NCBI GenBank assembly: GCA_013239625.1 | Contig: MU057352.1 | Span: forward strand, 30,325,277 to 30,389,276 | Source of the DNA: Lama guanicoe | Taxonomy: Eukaryota | Length of the DNA: 64,000 nt | Direction of reading: 5' to 3' | In this document: piece by piece, positions 1 through 12,700 of the stretch | Layout of the letters: each line of letters starts with the position of its first letter | How positions within the stretch are numbered: the stretch's first letter is position 1 | Made by a program: the position numbers and the translations under genes | The notes under the pieces: model-generated | What the model saw: the letters and a program-made list of their open reading frames with translations, nothing else | The model's database searches: none | What the model was told of the DNA's origin: nothing

Positions 1-974
1 CAGGAAGAAGCCCCTGGTAGACCCAGAGAGGAAGGCCCAGTGCGTGTTTCTAGGTACTTGAAGTAGGGTCACGCTCTCTTCTTCTGACTACTATTGCTCA
101 TATAGGTTTTTTGTTGTATATGTTTTTTCCTTTTTGTTTTGTTTTGTGTTTTTGCTAGGGCTCTGTTTTGTACAGACACCAAGATGAGAGCCTTTTGGTT
201 AATTACCTTGAACATGATAGAATTTTGTTGAGTCAACAAAAAATAATGACTTGCAATTTTATGCTCTTTTAGTGTCTTCCAGTTCCCTTATGGACACTGT
301 ATCACGTGGGCCTCGTCATTACCCCATGCAGTGTGTTGTCATCTTTACTTATTTCACACACAGGCAGACTAAGGTTGAGTGAAGGTGACTTGTCCTAGCC
401 ATAGAGGTGGTAGGTGACTGAGTCACGCGATGTCCCTGGGGCAACTGGTCTGGTGCACAAAGTAGGCATTACCCTGAAGAAGCTTCCACGAGTCGGTCAG
501 GTTCTCACAATACTCCTCGTGCTGACAGATCATGTCCAGGGACTTTCCAGCTCTGCTTAGTGTGCAGGTTCCTGCAAGGTGTTTGAAGGTGAAGGATCCA
601 AAGAACGTCCATACAGTTAAATCCCCACCTGAAACGTGCGATGTTGACACCACCTGTGCTTTTTAAAATATGAAACAGTAGGGAGATGAAAAGGGGGTTA
701 CGTTAACTAAACGTGTTCTGGTGACCACTTGCATAGATTATTGGAGGAATAATAAAATGGTAGCCTCCTACCCCCACCAATCCCATCTTCCCCAGCCCCT
801 CCGACAGCCCCTCGGTGAATCAGAATTCTCTTCCTGTGGTGCCGCCGATGCCTGTTTTCACACAGGACGCATGTCCTTACCGGATCTTCCTTTCCTGGAT
901 TGCCCAGATTTCCTACTGACTGCTATTGGAGGGCTGGAGATGTCTAAGAAATTGTCAAGTGCATGTCTCAAACT

Positions 975-1100
975 TCACACGCTGTCTTTCTTGACAACGT
1001 GCGTTTCTCGACAGTGGTGTTTTAGTAACGGCATTTGCCCTTGGTAATCAGAGCCAGTCATCCCAGCGAGTACAAGGACTTTCTTCTGTGTGTGGTCAGT
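975..1100 (-). mobile_element. ERVL internal remnant, dUTPase-like segment (decayed)
   Basis: Minus-strand translation QKKVLVLAGMTGSDYQGQMPLLKHH resembles the ERVL dUTPase motif (recalled as KKGVTVLAGVIDPDYQGEIGLLLHN). It lies downstream of the integrase remnant, as expected for ERVL. Confidence 0.75.
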
Positions 1101-1104
1101 GGGA

Positions 1105-1426
1105 ATCCCCTGAGCGCCACCCGCTGAGCTGGACCCACAGGGCACAAGGCTGGTGCGTGGGAAGTGAGAAAGGCTCAGTGAGGCCTGGGTCCTCGGCCCC
1201 AGCCGGGGGTGAGGTGCCTGCAGATCTGCACCCCGAGGGGTGGTCTGTCTCAGCTTCAGTGGCAGTGCCTGCTCCACAGACCTGTCATCATCTTACTCTT
1301 TGTATTTCTTTGTCCCTTGATGGGTAATCTCCTTTCTAATAATTCTTCACTAATTCTTTACACTAAACTCTCCATTTTCAACATACTGTGTGGTTTCTGC
1401 CTCCTGTTTGGATCCTGACTGATTCA
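1105..1426 (+). mobile_element. ERVL-class LTR, 3' portion, antisense to the surrounding ERVL internal sequence
   Basis: Ends in TACTGTGTGGTTTCTGCCTCCTGTTTGGATCCTGACTGATTCA, typical of old ERVL-class LTR 3' termini. The 5' boundary is uncertain. Confidence 0.55.
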
Positions 1427-1439
1427 AGTCGCTGTTGGT

Positions 1440-2430
1440 TTAAGGGACACACCTCATCTCATCCATTCTGTTATGGGACAGCACTCCAGCTTCGCATGGC
1501 ATTGCCTCACATCTGTCCTGAGTCTCAGAAGCCCATTCCGTCCGTTTGTCAAGCCGGTGACTTTGTTTTAGAAGCACACGGGGAAGAAACACTAATTTGT
1601 AGGTTTTCCTCATTACAGAATCTCCTTCACGGTAAAACGGCTTCCTTGGTTGGCATCACTGCAAAGTAGGACAGTGTGGTGATGGGTTCCTCAGATCGCT
1701 GAATCATGATGGTTCTGTTCAAAATACTTCGTGCAGGGAAGACAAATCTGCAACCAGAGTAGGTGTGTGCTTCTGTGAGGTCAAATTAGATCAAATTGCT
1801 GCCTACCCCACTAAGGAAGGAAAAAAAGGACTACACTTGCCACCTAGTAGCTGGATGATTGCCTTTGGGGGTGGTGCGTGTCAGCAGGGTGGCCACGCAA
1901 TTTATTTTCTCAAGAAGGGGCACTTTTGAGAATGATAACAGGACCTAGTGGTACCTCAGGACAAGGGATAAGCCAGGACCTACCTAGGAGCAAATCTGAA
2001 TGCACGGTTACCCTGCGTGTTGTGGGCTTGGCGTTAGTCGCTGCTGAAGACGTTACCGGTACTTGGTGGCAGCAGTGTCCAGCTCAGCCTGGCAAAGGAC
2101 GGCCAGCTGGTAGAGTCCACACATAGTCTTCATTCCTGATGCCCCAGAATCTCTGTGCCCACAGAGCAAATGCCAGGCTTGCTGAAGAAAAAGGCTGCCG
2201 GACGTCCTCAGCTGCTCACCTTGTCCACCTGGTCCTTGAGAGTTTTCCCCATGGGACTTGTCTCCTGGTGTTTATTTAGTTTTATCCTTAATATCTTCAT
2301 TGACTGGGCCCTTTCTAAGAGGTCCTTCTACTCATTGCTCCTCTCTGTGATACCTAATTTCCGATAGTTATTCTTTTGAAAACCCATGAGCAGCCAACCA
2401 GCCCATTTCCAATCACAGTATAGCCTCTGC
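1440..2430 (-). mobile_element. ERVL pol remnant (RNase H plus integrase), frameshifted
   Basis: Minus-strand fragments in the correct order: VIGNGLVGCSW and KDLLERAQSMKIL (RNase H), DYVWTLPAGRPL/AELDTAATKY, PKGNHPATRWQV, FDLTEAHTYSGCRFVFPAR and VTGLTNGRNGLL. These match recalled ERVL motifs AVANGLAGWS, PATWWQVD, FVLTGIDTYSGYGFAFPA and AAGLIERWNGLL. Confidence 0.85.
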
Positions 2431-2774
2431 CTTTTCCATTGTGCATTGTGAATGGACTGTAGAATCTCAGGGTGTTGATGTGAAGAAAGCATCACCAATC
2501 ATGAATCTGAATTTTATGTATATATCACGTCAACGTTTACATCTATTTCCAATCGCATTATTCCAGTCAAATATGCACCAGTAGTACGTTGTAGTTAAAC
2601 CCCTACAAGTGAGATGAAACATTTGCAATTATATTTTTAAAAGTTAAGTATGTTTATTTCGGGTTTAGTGAAGTGACAAGAAGTGAGCCTGCAATGGAAA
2701 TTGGAAGCCTAACACTAATTTCATTATATCTTGATTTGTGTCATCGTGAGGTTCCACTATATTAACAAAAGCTC

Positions 2775-2975
2775 CCGTTTATTAAGCACTTGCTTTGAGG
2801 CAGACCTGTGTCAGCACTTTTCATGAATTACCTTCTGTAGATTTCTTATCAGATTTATCAGCCTCATTTTACATCAGATGAACCTGATCCAAAGAAAGAT
2901 TAATTAACATGCCCAAGGTCATACAGCTTGTAAATAGAGACATAGATTTTTATCCCAGGAATTCCTATACAGAGA
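2775..2975 (-). mobile_element. MIR SINE
   Basis: TTTATTAAGCACTT...CCTCATTTTACA...GCCCAAGGTCATACAGCT matches the reverse MIR core. Confidence 0.75.
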
Positions 2976-3664
2976 CTGCTGTTGAGATGTCTAATTTGCC
3001 CAGTAAAGATGTAAGAAAGACGTCATCACCTACCTTATAGCAGGTATATTGATGGATAAAATCATTGGAAAAGCACCAAGGGTTCAGCAGAAGGACTGCT
3101 AGCATGCAAAACCAGCAAAAGTCAAGTGCAAGTACCCAAAGTCTCCTTAAGCAAGGACCCTGGCCAACTGCAACCCTCCCAGTGCATCTACAGCTGGCTG
3201 ATTTGCTGGAAAAATTCTGCCCTGGAAGTCAAGAAACCATCTTCAAAAATAAGCTAGAAGACTTTTTCCCAGTATTTTGCAGAACTGACCAAAGACAGAG
3301 TTTTTCATATGCTCATTTGCATTCCAGCGATCATCAGGCTTACCAAAAAAAAAAAAAATCCTGTTGTTTAACATACGCTTTATGCCTCCCACCACATGCT
3401 TCAGAAATCCATTTTTAACCTAATGTACCAGTACAAGACACCTAAGTTCATGGGGCTCTGGGGAGAGTCCAGGGTTTAGAAAAGTATTTGAAACATCATG
3501 TCTTACAGGATTGCTGTGAAATGGAATTAACTAGATGATGTAAGCAGTAGGACCCCTTCCAACAATTTGCGGAATTAAAAAGTCACTCCTTTTCTCTCTT
3601 TTGCACACCCAGGTCCCAGAAAAACCCCATATTCAATTCTTATTCAAAAACCTCAGGGACATGG

Positions 3665-3701
3665 TCTAAAGATATCAGACTGATATCTTTAGATATCAGA
3701 C
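3665..3701. repeat. Perfect inverted repeat (14-bp arms, 1-nt spacer) overlapping an 11-bp direct repeat
   Basis: TCTAAAGATATCAG-A-CTGATATCTTTAGA at 3665-3693. AGATATCAGAC occurs at 3670-3680 and 3691-3701. Confidence 0.95.
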
Positions 3702-3831
3702 ATATCCAAGTAACACATGAATATGACTAAAAGTAGCCTATTTCACAGGGAAGTTGCATTTTCTGGCTCTGTGTTTGCTGGCAGCCCCAGGGGTCTGCAC
3801 AGTATGTTTTTATCCATTGCTTCTTGGATGC

Positions 3832-4275
3832 TGTAATGGGTTGCCTGTGTCCCCCCCACAAAGATATGGTGAATTTCTAACGCCTGGTTCCTGCCAGTGT
3901 GGCCTTCTTTGGGAAGGGGGTTGGTCTTTGCAGGTATAATGAAGTTAAGAGGAGGTCACCCTGAGTGATAGTGAGTCCTGATCCAAATTGATGGGGGTTC
4001 CTGGAAGAAGAGGAGAAAAGACTCGGAAGCACAAATTGTAGAACACGGTCTGATGACAGAGGCAGATTGAAATGGTGCATCTACAAGGAACACTGAGGGT
4101 GGCTAGCAACGCCAGAAGCTGCGAGGGGAGCAGAGATCTGATCCTCCCCCAGAGCCTCCAGAGCGGGCACAGCTCTGCTGACTCCTTGCTTCTGACTTCT
4201 GGCCTCCAGGACAGTGAGAGAACACGCCAGTTGCCTTAAGCGGCCCAGTTGTGGTGCTTTGTTACAGGAGCTTTA
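3832..4275 (+). mobile_element. MLT1 (MaLR) solo LTR, MLT1B/C-like
   Basis: Starts TGTAATGGGTTG, contains GTCTTTGCAGGTATAAT..GTTAAGA and GACTTCTGGCCTCCAGGACAGTGAGAGAA, and ends near TTTGTTACAG. Confidence 0.85.
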
Positions 4276-5348
4276 CTGTTCTGATCCAGCACAAGCTGAC
4301 CTGGGTGTTCTTTGTTTTTGTTTTGCTTTTTCCTCCTGGTGAAGACAACCCCGCTCTTTCCAAGATTCCATGGGGCAGCACAGCCCTGCATCCTTGAGCT
4401 ACTGAGCCATTTAGTTTACACTCACATTCTCAACACAACCCTCTCCACCAAAACCCAAAGTCTTTCCTGTGTGGAGAGCTGAGTTAACATGGGGCAAGGA
4501 TGCAGAAAGGGGTTTCCTCCTGTGACAGGAGTGAGCCTGTTGCAGGCCGGTTGGAACAGCCTCCCTCTACAACTTGGTGGTGGTGGGAGCTCCACAGCCC
4601 TACCGAATGTGTGTGCACTAACTGGCATGCTGGCTGAGCACCCCGATTCCCAGGCCTCCGGCTCCAGCCTTGGGCCTCCCGGGGCTGCTGAGCCCTACAG
4701 CAGGTGTCCCACGGGGCACACCTGGAACCTCAGCCTTCTCAGCTTTGCTGATGAGCTCGGGTTGCTTGCTCAGGCCTTCTCTGTTGGCCAGGCCACCGGG
4801 CAACACACCTTCTGAATGATGGGGTGCATGAGGTCACCCCGGCGAGGCTGAGAACAGGAAGCAGTGGCAGCACGTGCACAGGTGCATGCCCACCTCTAGG
4901 GAGCGGTACACCTGTCTCCGCTCTGGGGTGGGGGGTGACAGTAATGAAGTGAAAGCTCTGTGTCCGTCAGTTTTACAAACTGGGCACTCCGAACTTACAG
5001 TACAAGGGTGCACCGTCCATGTACTGATTAACTGGCCTGTATTTCTTTTCTACCATTTATTTAAAACTGAGAATCTTGGTTTCTGGTCAGGACTGAATGA
5101 CTGATGTGCAGCAAGCTCTGTCCCTATGCAAAGGGGCTAAGACCACGGCCCCAGGAAGCCTGCAGCTTGATTAACTACTGGATGCAGAGCACCCACCCAA
5201 GTGTCAATTTCCATTGCATTTCGTCGTAAGGAAGTTTGGGCTGCTCACTGTGACCCGCTGATGTCCTGCGTGGCTGCAAGAGAGGGTTTACACTTGTCTG
5301 TGCTCACTGTCCAACCTTTGGGTATTGATGGCGGTTCTGGGCGTCAGC

Positions 5349-5943
5349 TTTTTATTATTATTATTGAAGTATAGTCAGTTCACAGAGTTGTGTTAATTTC
5401 TAGTACAGCATAGTGATTCAGTTATAAACAAATATATTCCCTTTAAACATTCTTTTTCATTATAGGTTATTACAAGATGCTGAATATAGTCCCCCATGCT
5501 GCACAGCAGGGCCTTTTTGTTATCTATTTTACATATAGTAGTTTGTATCTACTAGTCCCAAACTCTCAATTTATCCTTCCTCCTTCCTTTCCCCTGTGGT
5601 AACCATAAGTTTGTTTTCTATGTCTGTGAGTCTGTTTCTGTTTTGTAAATAAGTTCATTTGTGTCATTTTTTTTAGATTCCACATATAAGTGATATCATA
5701 TGGCTTTTGTCTTTCTCTGACTGACTTCACTTAGTATGATCATCTCTAGGTCCATCCACATTGCTGCAAATGACATTGTGTCATTCTTTTTTATGGCTGA
5801 GTAGTACTCCATTATATAAATATATCATGTCTTCTCTATCCAGTCATCTGTCAATGGGCATTTAGGTTGCTTTCATGTCTTGGCTATTGTAAATAGTGCT
5901 GCTGTGCAGCATCTTTTCAAATTAGAGTTTCCTCTGGATATAT
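5349..5943 (-). mobile_element. 5'-truncated L1 (artiodactyl/camelid-type 3' UTR plus ORF2 C-terminus)
   Basis: ATTGAAGTATAGTCAGTTCACA... reverse L1 3' end. ORF2 C-terminal remnant AALFTIAKT. Clearly homologous to the copy at 61256-61785. Confidence 0.9.
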
Positions 5944-6149
5944 TGGGCTTCAGCCTTTGATGGGAAAAACTAACAAATACAGTGGCTATTTCTGCAATAC
6001 GCTGCCCCTTCCAAAATGTTACAGAAAGTGGGCTGAGGCACCCGTGAACATGAATACCTACACTACAGTGCATAAACAAAATTAGCATTAAGAAGTACAA
6101 GAGGCTCTGAGAGTTGAGTATAGTTCAATAACCAGGGGGAGTCACAGAG

Positions 6150-6900
6150 AAAGTCTTGCTGTGTGTGGTCATAATTGAACTTTGTCTTGAAGGATGATTG
6201 TATTGAGAATAAGATATTTGATATTCTAGCTGAGGGAAGGAGGCGAAGGGGGTGTGTGTCTGCTGAAGAATGATGCGTCACTGGCTGTGGTGCAGCCGTG
6301 GCGTGGAGGAGAGCGGAGGAAGGTGGGCGGGAAGATGAGGCAGGGAACCAAATGATGAAAGAGTGCAGGAAGGTCAGTTTGTATTCAGGAGGCAATGCTG
6401 AGCCCAGGAGGAAAAAGCGGTGGAATCAGCACAATGTTTAGAAGGCAACCAGGAAGTTCTGTTTCATTAGGGGGAAAATAAATCAGAAATAGTGCAAGCA
6501 CTGAGGATGTTTTGGAACTGGTCCATGCAAGTGAGAAAGAGAAACGGAACTGGCACTGAAGTGGTGAGGAACAAGAGAAGCGAAGATAGATAGTTGGGAA
6601 AAGAATCGGAAAAATCAGTTTTCAACAGTTGCATAATATAAACCCCTCGGTGCCTCTTCTAGACCAGGCAGTAGAAGTGAAGAATGTGAATGATAGATGA
6701 AGGGTACGTGGATGACTCAAGTTAATAAGAATATATGATCGATGTGTTGAAACAAAAATTCTCAGGCTGGAGAACCAAGTAGGAGTGAGTGTGATGGAAA
6801 GTTCAGCCCCAAGCATCCTTGTCCTGTGGTCGCTTTTTAACGAAGGTTCCAGTGATGGTGGAGGCAATGATGGTGGAATGCATGATGGCAGAGTATCAGT
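6150..6900 (-). mobile_element. Probable L2 fragment
   Basis: Purine-rich segment with L2-like motifs (GTTTGTATTCAGGAGGCAATG). Highly decayed. Confidence 0.4.
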
Positions 6901-7759
6901 GACCTAGCTGGCATCGGGAATGTATCTTTTAGGGCAGAGGCCCTATTGCTGCCTGGCACTCCTGAAACAGCAGGAAGCAAATAAATGGAAAACCCTTGCC
7001 TTCTGCAGTAGCTCTCTGTCTCTGTCCTCTTCCTGAGAACTTGCACCCGGCAGTCTAACACTTGTACCAAGCATCCAAGTGCTGGGATAGACACTCGGAT
7101 ATCTCACGCTTAATACTGGCAAGAGGGCTTTGGGCCCTTGCCCTGCGCAGTTATAACTCTTGCTTTCTGTAGCTCTTGAGTCCTCACTGGGTCCCACGCA
7201 TAGCGTAATAGCCCCCGTGCACTGTCCATGCAGGCTAAGCAGCGCCCAGGAGGTGCTGCCCGGACGCTGGAGGTCAGCAGGACGTGCACTTCAGAGCTCA
7301 CCAACCGAGACGTCTTGTTTTTGTTCTCTCGGTGAGTTATCATCGCTGTGTCACCCAGGTAGGCAGTGTGGGATATTAATAACCGTGTCATTACATGGTC
7401 ATCAATAGAGAAGTCATAAAAACAAAGTCATCAAAGAGGAATTTTGCATGTCCTGTGCTGAGAGCAGAGAGGGAGGCTGACTGCTGACTCAGACAAGGAA
7501 CTCAACGAACTCAAATTCTGATCCATGGCTTTATGTAACTAAAGATCCGAGCTTGACAGGTTCTCCAGGAGTTGATCTCATTCTGCAGAATGACTCAGTT
7601 ACCAAGCCCATGGGCTGAAACTGAGAACCAGTTTATTCATTTTCATGGGGAGACACAGCTGCCAGAACTATCAGTTCACTCTCTCATACTGGGAAAAGCC
7701 ATTCGGGAGACCAGATCAGAAAAACTAAATGGTGAGCGTTGATCTATCATGAATAGAGC

Positions 7760-7935
7760 TTCTGTGATGCACTGGGTGCTAGACATTTTATCCTATCACA
7801 TTTCATTCGAATGAAGATGCTGTGAGCTAAAGTACCTGAAGCTGGTGGGGTTTCTATACGTTTCCCAGAGCTGGTAGGTGGCAGTACCAGAACTTAAACC
7901 CGCTTCTGTCTGTCCCCAGAAGTATTCTCACAATA
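7760..7935 (-). mobile_element. MIR fragment
   Basis: AGCTGGTAGGTGGCAGTACCAGAACTTAAACCC resembles the reverse MIR 5' region. Confidence 0.55.
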
Positions 7936-8049
7936 CTGCACTTCTCAAAATTTAAAATATTCTTGGAATTAGTTAATTTTGGTGCTGCATTTTATTGTAG
8001 GATATTTTTCCTTCGTTTAGTTGGGGGGACAGAGACACGCTGTGACGAG

Positions 8050-8230
8050 AACATGGCATCTGAAGTTAGACTGTGTGGTTCTGGTCCTGCCTCTGTTTCC
8101 TGCCGGGCTGCAGTTCGGCAAGTTACATTAGTTCAGTTCTCTGGGAAGTGATCTTTAACTGTAAAGATGTGGGAAATTCTAGCAAATTGCCTGACACGTA
8201 GAAAGTGCTCCATCAATACTAATTATTGTT
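8050..8230 (+). mobile_element. MIR fragment
   Basis: GGCAAGTTAC...TGTAAAGATG...TGCCTGACACGTAGAAAGTGCTC. Confidence 0.55.
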
Positions 8231-8279
8231 AGATTTTATACCCAGATTAATTGTCCATTGTTTTTGTAGCTGTATTTAC

Positions 8280-9010
8280 TTAGCCTCTTCAGACTGGCTT
8301 CTTTCACTTCGCAACAGGCACTTTTCCATGTTTCCTTGCGGCCTGATAGTTCATTTCTCGTGTTGCTAATAATATACCAGGGCACGGGTGCACCACAGTT
8401 TGTTTATTTAATCACCTATTGAAGGACATCTTGGTTGTCTCCAGTTTTTAGTGATTTGTAAATAAAGCTGATCTGAACATCTGTGTGTAGGTTTTTGCGT
8501 GGACATAAGTATTCAAGCCATTTGGGAAAATACCGAGGAACACAGTTGCTCAATCACTGATCTATGTTTAGCTTTGCAAAAAACTGCCTGTCTTCCAAAA
8601 GGGCTGTACCATTTTGCATTTCCACCAACAGTGAAAGAGAGTTCCTTTTCTCTGCATCTCCATCAGCATTTGGTATTGTCAGTTTTTTTATTTTAACCAT
8701 TTAACTATGTCTGGAGTGGTATCTCATTGTTTTACTTGGTAATTCCCTAGCAGCATATGACAGCCAGCATCTTCTTCACATGCTTGTTTGCCATCTGGGT
8801 ACCCTTCTTGGTAAGGTGTCTGTTCAGATATTTTGCCGTTTTTTTTTTTAACTTGGGTTTTTTTTTTTTTTTTTTTTTTAATTCTTTGTACATTTTGGAT
8901 ACAAGTCCTTTATGAAGTACGTGCTTTGCAAATACGTTTATTTCCCAAAAAGTGGCTTGGTTTTTAATTCTCTTAATAAGTCTTCCTTTTTTTTTTAACT
9001 TTGACAATTT
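8280..9010 (-). mobile_element. L1M (L1MB/L1MC-like) fragment, ORF2 3' region and 3' UTR
   Basis: GACTGGCTTCTTTCACT, CACCTATTGAAGGACATCTTGGTTG and GCTGTACCATTTTGCATTTCCACCAACAGTG. The minus ORF contains AKYLNRHLTKKGTQMANKHVKKM, an L1 ORF2 motif. Confidence 0.9.
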
Positions 9011-9559
9011 TCAAAGATGAAATTAAAATCTCTTCTGAAAGGAAATTAAGACAGAGGCGCCAGCTCTTCTCCGCAGTCTTGTTTCTCTCCCTCAATCCCC
9101 GAAATGAGTGGCTCCGAATCTCTTCCTGCTCTGGCTTTAAAATTCAAATCAGTGTCACCTCCTCCCAGGAGCCACCACGATGCCCCCTTTTTCCTCCAAG
9201 GCACGAAACAGTAACAGATTCCTCTTGCCTGCGCTCCCCTGCATTCCAACACGCTGTGAATCATCTTCCTGTCCCCTCCCGGCTTCCTCTCTCTCTGAGC
9301 TCATCAGTTACATTATGGTTTTCTGTTCATGAGTCAGTTTTTTCCTTCTTGCCGTGAAAGAGCCCTCATGGCAGGGATTTTGTTCAATTTCGATCATCAC
9401 CTCCTGATACACAGTGAGTGCACAGTGAGAGGGTGTGGCCAATACTGCTGAACACATAGATTTGTTTAAAATATTGACTGTACTAAATAAGTCCTTGACG
9501 TGTACTCAGAATAAAAGATTAGACATGCTGCTCCTGCAGACCACTTTTAAGACTCATTC

Positions 9560-9710
9560 AGGGATTTAAATTCTCCTCTCAAACTGACACAAATTAGTAA
9601 AATATACAAAAAGGACAGTGCCTTCATGTACCCAATCTAAAAGTTGTTTTTCACGTGCATATAAAACATGTGGAATTTTGACCAGGCACTAGGTCACAAC
9701 TAAACCTTAG
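9560..9710 (+). mobile_element. Old L1 ORF2 endonuclease-region fragment
   Basis: TTTTCACGTGCATATAAAACA...TTGACCAGGCACTAGGTCACAA resembles the FSSAHGTFSKIDHILGHK coding region. Confidence 0.45.
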
Positions 9711-12700
9711 ACTACAGCAAGCTTCATCAGCTCCGACTGGTCATGGCTTTCAAGGGCAGGAAGCACTGTTTCTTGGAATTTTGGTCGGAGGCTCTTCCCT
9801 TGAGTCTTCTATTCTTGAACATATATTTGGTCTGTGTCACAGCGACGCCGGGGCCATCACGGTAGCATGGGGAAGATGTTGCAGATTCCTCTCCTGGCAC
9901 TTACGTCATCCGGGTCCTTCCAAGTCTCCTGGGAACCTACAAAAAGCCCCTTCGTAGCCTAGACGACTACTGAGGACATAATACATGAGCCGTGACATCT
10001 GGGGAAAGTAAGGCTGCCGTGTGTTAGGGGCCAACCACTAGCAGCACTGAGACGGCCAGTGAGGTGTAACCAGGCACCTCCCTTCAACAGAACAAGCACA
10101 CGGATCCCCAGCGTGGGTGAGAGGCATCGGGGGGAGCCCACCCGAGGCACCCAGGCAGGGGGTGGTTCGCCCGGGTTGAGCTGGAGCGAGTGATCAGAGG
10201 CGGTTCCCGGATGGACCCACGCCCTTGCTCAGTGAGTCCTTCAGATAAACGGGACCAGACGGCCCAAGGAAGCAACTCCCAGTGTAAACCGTCACACGGT
10301 TAAAACGATGTGATGACAGAAGACGAAAAAGTAGCTTGATCTCAACACCTTCATCAAAGAAAGTTCAGAATCAAATTCCTCATAAACGGTTTTAGGCAAA
10401 GTACCACAAACATATCAAACTAATTTCTCGTGAGAAATGGTTAAATTTAAATTGAATGAGTGCATTTTGTTTTGTTCCCACGTACACATGATGTGAATTG
10501 AAACGTGCCGGACCTTGTTAATGTTTTTGAGGGGTGGCAGCACATTTTAAAGGTAATTCTCCAACGGCGGCAGGCGTTTTAGGAAAGAGCCTGAGAATTC
10601 AATCACCGTGGCCTGTGACCATGTAACACCATCAAGTGCTGTCAACTCAGCGAGGCCAAGTTCGTAAACACCTCCACCAGTGAAGGTCTTGCCTTGGCCT
10701 TTGAATCCCTGAGCCATTTGCAAAGGGTGAACCATTCCGTCGGCTCAGTAAGTGAAACGCAGATTTCCCAAATGAAAGATTCTCTTATTGAGATGAGCTC
10801 AACCATGGAGGCCTGCTCCCGGCCTCCTCCCGCCGTGGACCACGAAGCAGTAGGCTTCCCCGCTCCTGAGAGGCCCCAGCTGCTGAGCAGAGGGAGGGCG
10901 AGGACCGCCGGGGCCCAGGTGGGCCTTGTTACTGCTGACTGCGGGGGAGGAGCAGGGGGAGGTACATAAGGTGGGGAAGGCAGCGGCCCCCCCATTCTGG
11001 TGTGGGGAGGGCTGGCTGGGGGCTGGCGGCATGGGCTCTGCTGCAGGGCTGGGTTTGACTGTGCTTCCAGGGAAATGGGGGCTGGTGGGTCTAAAGGATT
11101 TTGTTTTTCTCGAGGGCAAAGTCCCTGCTTTCTCTTCTCTCTCTCCTCCAGAAGCCTGCTCTCGCTAGAAGATTCTCTTTCTCTCCTATCTCTGAAAAGC
11201 GGAGGCCCCTCTGCGGTGCCGCGCTCTGCAGGGGCCGCTGGCCGCCTCCCTCCTGAAGCCCCTCTGTACCTTCAGCAAAAGGGCCCTGAGAAGTGCATGT
11301 CCTCGGCTCAGTGGGCCTGGGGAAAGCTTGGGTTGTCTTTCTAAAAAGAACAAAGCAAGAGAGGACCCCTCTCCTTCCCAACCTAGAATTACAGGCCGAA
11401 GTTTCAAGAGGCCTCAATTTGCTGTGAAAACGAAGTGGGGGTCGGGGGTGCTGCGGCGCGGGCCCAGAAGGCTGACCGGGGCTTGTGAAGCGAGGAGGGG
11501 AGGAAGTCCCAGGGAAGGGCGCACCAGGGGAAGCGGTCAGTCTTTAGTGGAGAAGCAAACAGGGCTCAGCTGTCCCCCCCCAGCAACAAAAAACTGTAGA
11601 CCCAGGAGGGAAACAGTCGCGCTGGCGCCTGGATTCGGCCACACGTGACGCCTTCTGCGTAAGGGGGTGGCAGCTGGCACCCCTGCACCCGTCAAGCGCC
11701 AGGTGCCTCCTGGCTCTAAGTAACTTGTGTTTGAGGATTAGAAGACGGGGCACTGGGACCTTCTCAAACGATCTCTTTACGAAGTCTTGATTAATAAGGC
11801 CCGGGGAGGTTAGGTTCAGCCGTCAAAGTGGCAGCCAGGCAGCTGTGAAAACTAAACGGCCTTTAACAGGGCGGCTGCAGGATTCTCGAGAATGTTTCCC
11901 CTTAATTCAAGACCAGGGCCTCAAGTATCTTACAAATGAGCGCACGAACCACGCACGGGGCCGATCACGAAGGCCACCTGTGGGCGTGCGGGCGGCTGCT
12001 AGTGGGGCCTCCTGTTCCCGCAAACTCTCAACCAAAATCCTCCACAAGTCATGAAGTAGGATGGCAGATGCCTTCTGTCACTTCAAATCAGCCTGGAACC
12101 CGGGGTCCTGTAGCCCAGCTGCCTGGTTCGCTTGAATGTTAGCATTTTAGTGACGCTCGTTAGCCCGACAAGGCAGCGTGGAGTAAGCTGCCTCTTGCTG
12201 GGTGGGTGAGGCTGTGACTTCTCCCTGACCCCTCACTTCCCTCTGGGGGGAAGGGGCAGCTACCCCCAAGGCCCTGAGGGGGAGCTGGGGAGGGGTCCGC
12301 CGCTGACGGAGGGAAAGTTTAAGTCCTGGGAGGGGAGGCACGGCTCCATCTTGGACTTGACATGACACTGGGGTAAAAGCTTGGGGACTTGAGGATACGG
12401 TGAACGTATTTGGCACCAGTAACAGCCCTGAATCACGGGGCCCAGACGGCCTACGGGGCTGTCCTGGGTCAGTCTGGCATGTCCCTGATTCCCGCCCCCT
12501 CCCTTCTTTCTTAAACTGTGGTTGCTACAGGGAGCTGTGGGCCTCGGGGTAGGAAGGTGAACAGGATTACCTGGGTGGGCTCAGAATCAGGGGCACCCTA
12601 GAGAAAAAGCCAAGGGCGGGGGAAGACAGCACAGAGACATGCAGCCTGGGCACCGAGCCCGGTGGGGGCGGGGGTACGGAGAGTGACCACTTCTAGTGCG

